The notes beneath the pieces are model-generated. The model worked only from the letters and a program-made list of their open reading frames with translations. It did not search any database and was not told the origin of the DNA. DNA of 63,197 nt, filler included, from Circinaria calcarea (Eukaryota), in assembly GCA_051942165.1 (NCBI GenBank). It is 13 parts of 13 records of this genome, joined end to end, with 100 filler letters (N's around TTAATTAATTAA, not from the genome) between each part and the next. Parts side by side here need not be neighbours in the genome. Positions count along the whole stretch, not along the records: positions 58,439 to 63,197 come from JAVECS010002197.1; 12 more parts are not named here. The stretch is one strand, 5' to 3'. Shown piece by piece: positions 62,226 through 63,197 of the stretch; within the stretch, counting starts at the first letter, position 1, and every line of letters starts with the position of its first letter. The position numbers and the translations under genes are program-made.

Positions 62226-62953
62226 AAGAGTGGGAGGAGAAGGGTTGTATCACAGGGCATGTACGATAGAGGGTTGTGAATCTAGAAACGACGAGACTTG
62301 GAGGATGTTTGAATAGGGGTGGTGAAGAGGGAAGGGCATCCCGGAGATAGGGACGGAAGCTCGTATGGCTGCTAATAGATCCCTCCCTCATGTGTTAGCT
62401 ACGCACACGAGAAATCAAGAAAGGGAAAACAGCAATTATCTACTCTGACCATTGAACCTCTACCTGCTACATATAAGCTCATGCTCGATTCAAAGCTCTA
62501 CTTTTTCAAACACAAATATCTCATTCTCTAGCGGCCCCCCCATACTTTCTTCCCCTTCTCCATCGCTTCATCCTTATTCCCCGTCCACACGCCTGTGCCT
62601 TTTCCTTTCCCTTTCCTTTCCTTTTCCCGCGTCTTGGGGCCCCCCCCCCATTGCACGCACTCTGCACTCCCTTTCTTTCATTTGTACTTTTCTTCACATT
62701 ATTTCCTTCCACCCACGATTCTAGGCAGACAGACCTTGTCTACTTCCCCTTTATCCATTCAGCTACGCTGCTTGAAGACGCAATGGGCAAAACTTGCGAA
62801 ACCCCGAAAAAGCCGCACGACCCTCTCCCTTTCTTTCTCTCGTTATTCCATTCCACGCCATCTTACTCTACCGCCCCAGAGCAGAACCAGGGCAGAATCA
62901 GCAAAAGCAGACAAGGGTCCCTTCCCCCACCAAAAAAATCCGCCCCTTGAAAC

Positions 62954-63090
62954 TAAACGAAAACGAAAACGAAAACGAAAACGTGTGGAGCAAGCACTTC
63001 ACCTTCTGTCCTGTCCTGTCCTCTTCTATCCTGTCCTATTCCGTTCCATTCCGTTCCATTCCGTTCCATTCCGTTCCATTCTATTCCATT
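62954..63090. repeat. Simple-repeat cluster (AAACGA)n, (CTGTC)n, (TTCCR)n
   Basis: Read directly near the contig end. Confidence 0.88.
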
Positions 63091-63197
63091 TCGTAAAGCC
63101 CACCCCGGAATAAGGATCCACGGGGGCTTGCAAAAGCGTGACAGCCGTGTTTTTGGGCGGGGATGGGGTAGAGGGAGGAGTGGGAAGTAGGTAAGGT

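Noticed and set aside
62595..63113. ORFs with KRKRKR and PFHSV/PFRSI repeats
   Set aside because: Translations of simple sequence repeats

Overview
This window is not one locus. It is 13 unrelated contigs of about 4.76-4.78 kb in non-increasing length order, joined by 12 identical 100-bp artificial linkers (44 N + TTAATTAATTAA + 44 N), so adjacency across linkers means nothing. The DNA is from a filamentous ascomycete (short GT-AG introns with CT(A/G)AC branch points). A lichen-forming lineage is plausible but only inferred. Recognisable genes: COG2907-type FAD oxidoreductase (partial), a small Cys-rich secreted protein, VTI1, an F-box-like protein, seipin, a UPF0132-like membrane protein, NAD(P)H-hydrate epimerase, MSN5 (partial), a NOP6-like RRM protein, RAC1, MPP10, an SPX protein (partial), a secondary-metabolite O-methyltransferase, a secreted lactonase-like propeller (partial), HIS3 (partial), CSE1 (C-terminus), UFD2, an ATF-like bZIP N-terminus, a CitE/CLYBL-like lyase, an RGG mitochondrial-type protein, an M28 PA-aminopeptidase and a DUF1279/NAT2-like protein. 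Contig 3 is the most unusual. It carries an apparently intronless UPF1/DNA2-like SF1 helicase fused in one frame to a C-terminal J-domain and interrupted only by TAA/TAG codons. Downstream lies a ~20-bp-phased array of a CACGAGGTRCTAAC motif. Other signals are sharp C-to-G synonymous-codon switches inside genes, a tRNA-like element lacking an anticodon arm, and probable RIP/TE relics. All calls come from reading the sequence by eye; no searches were run.
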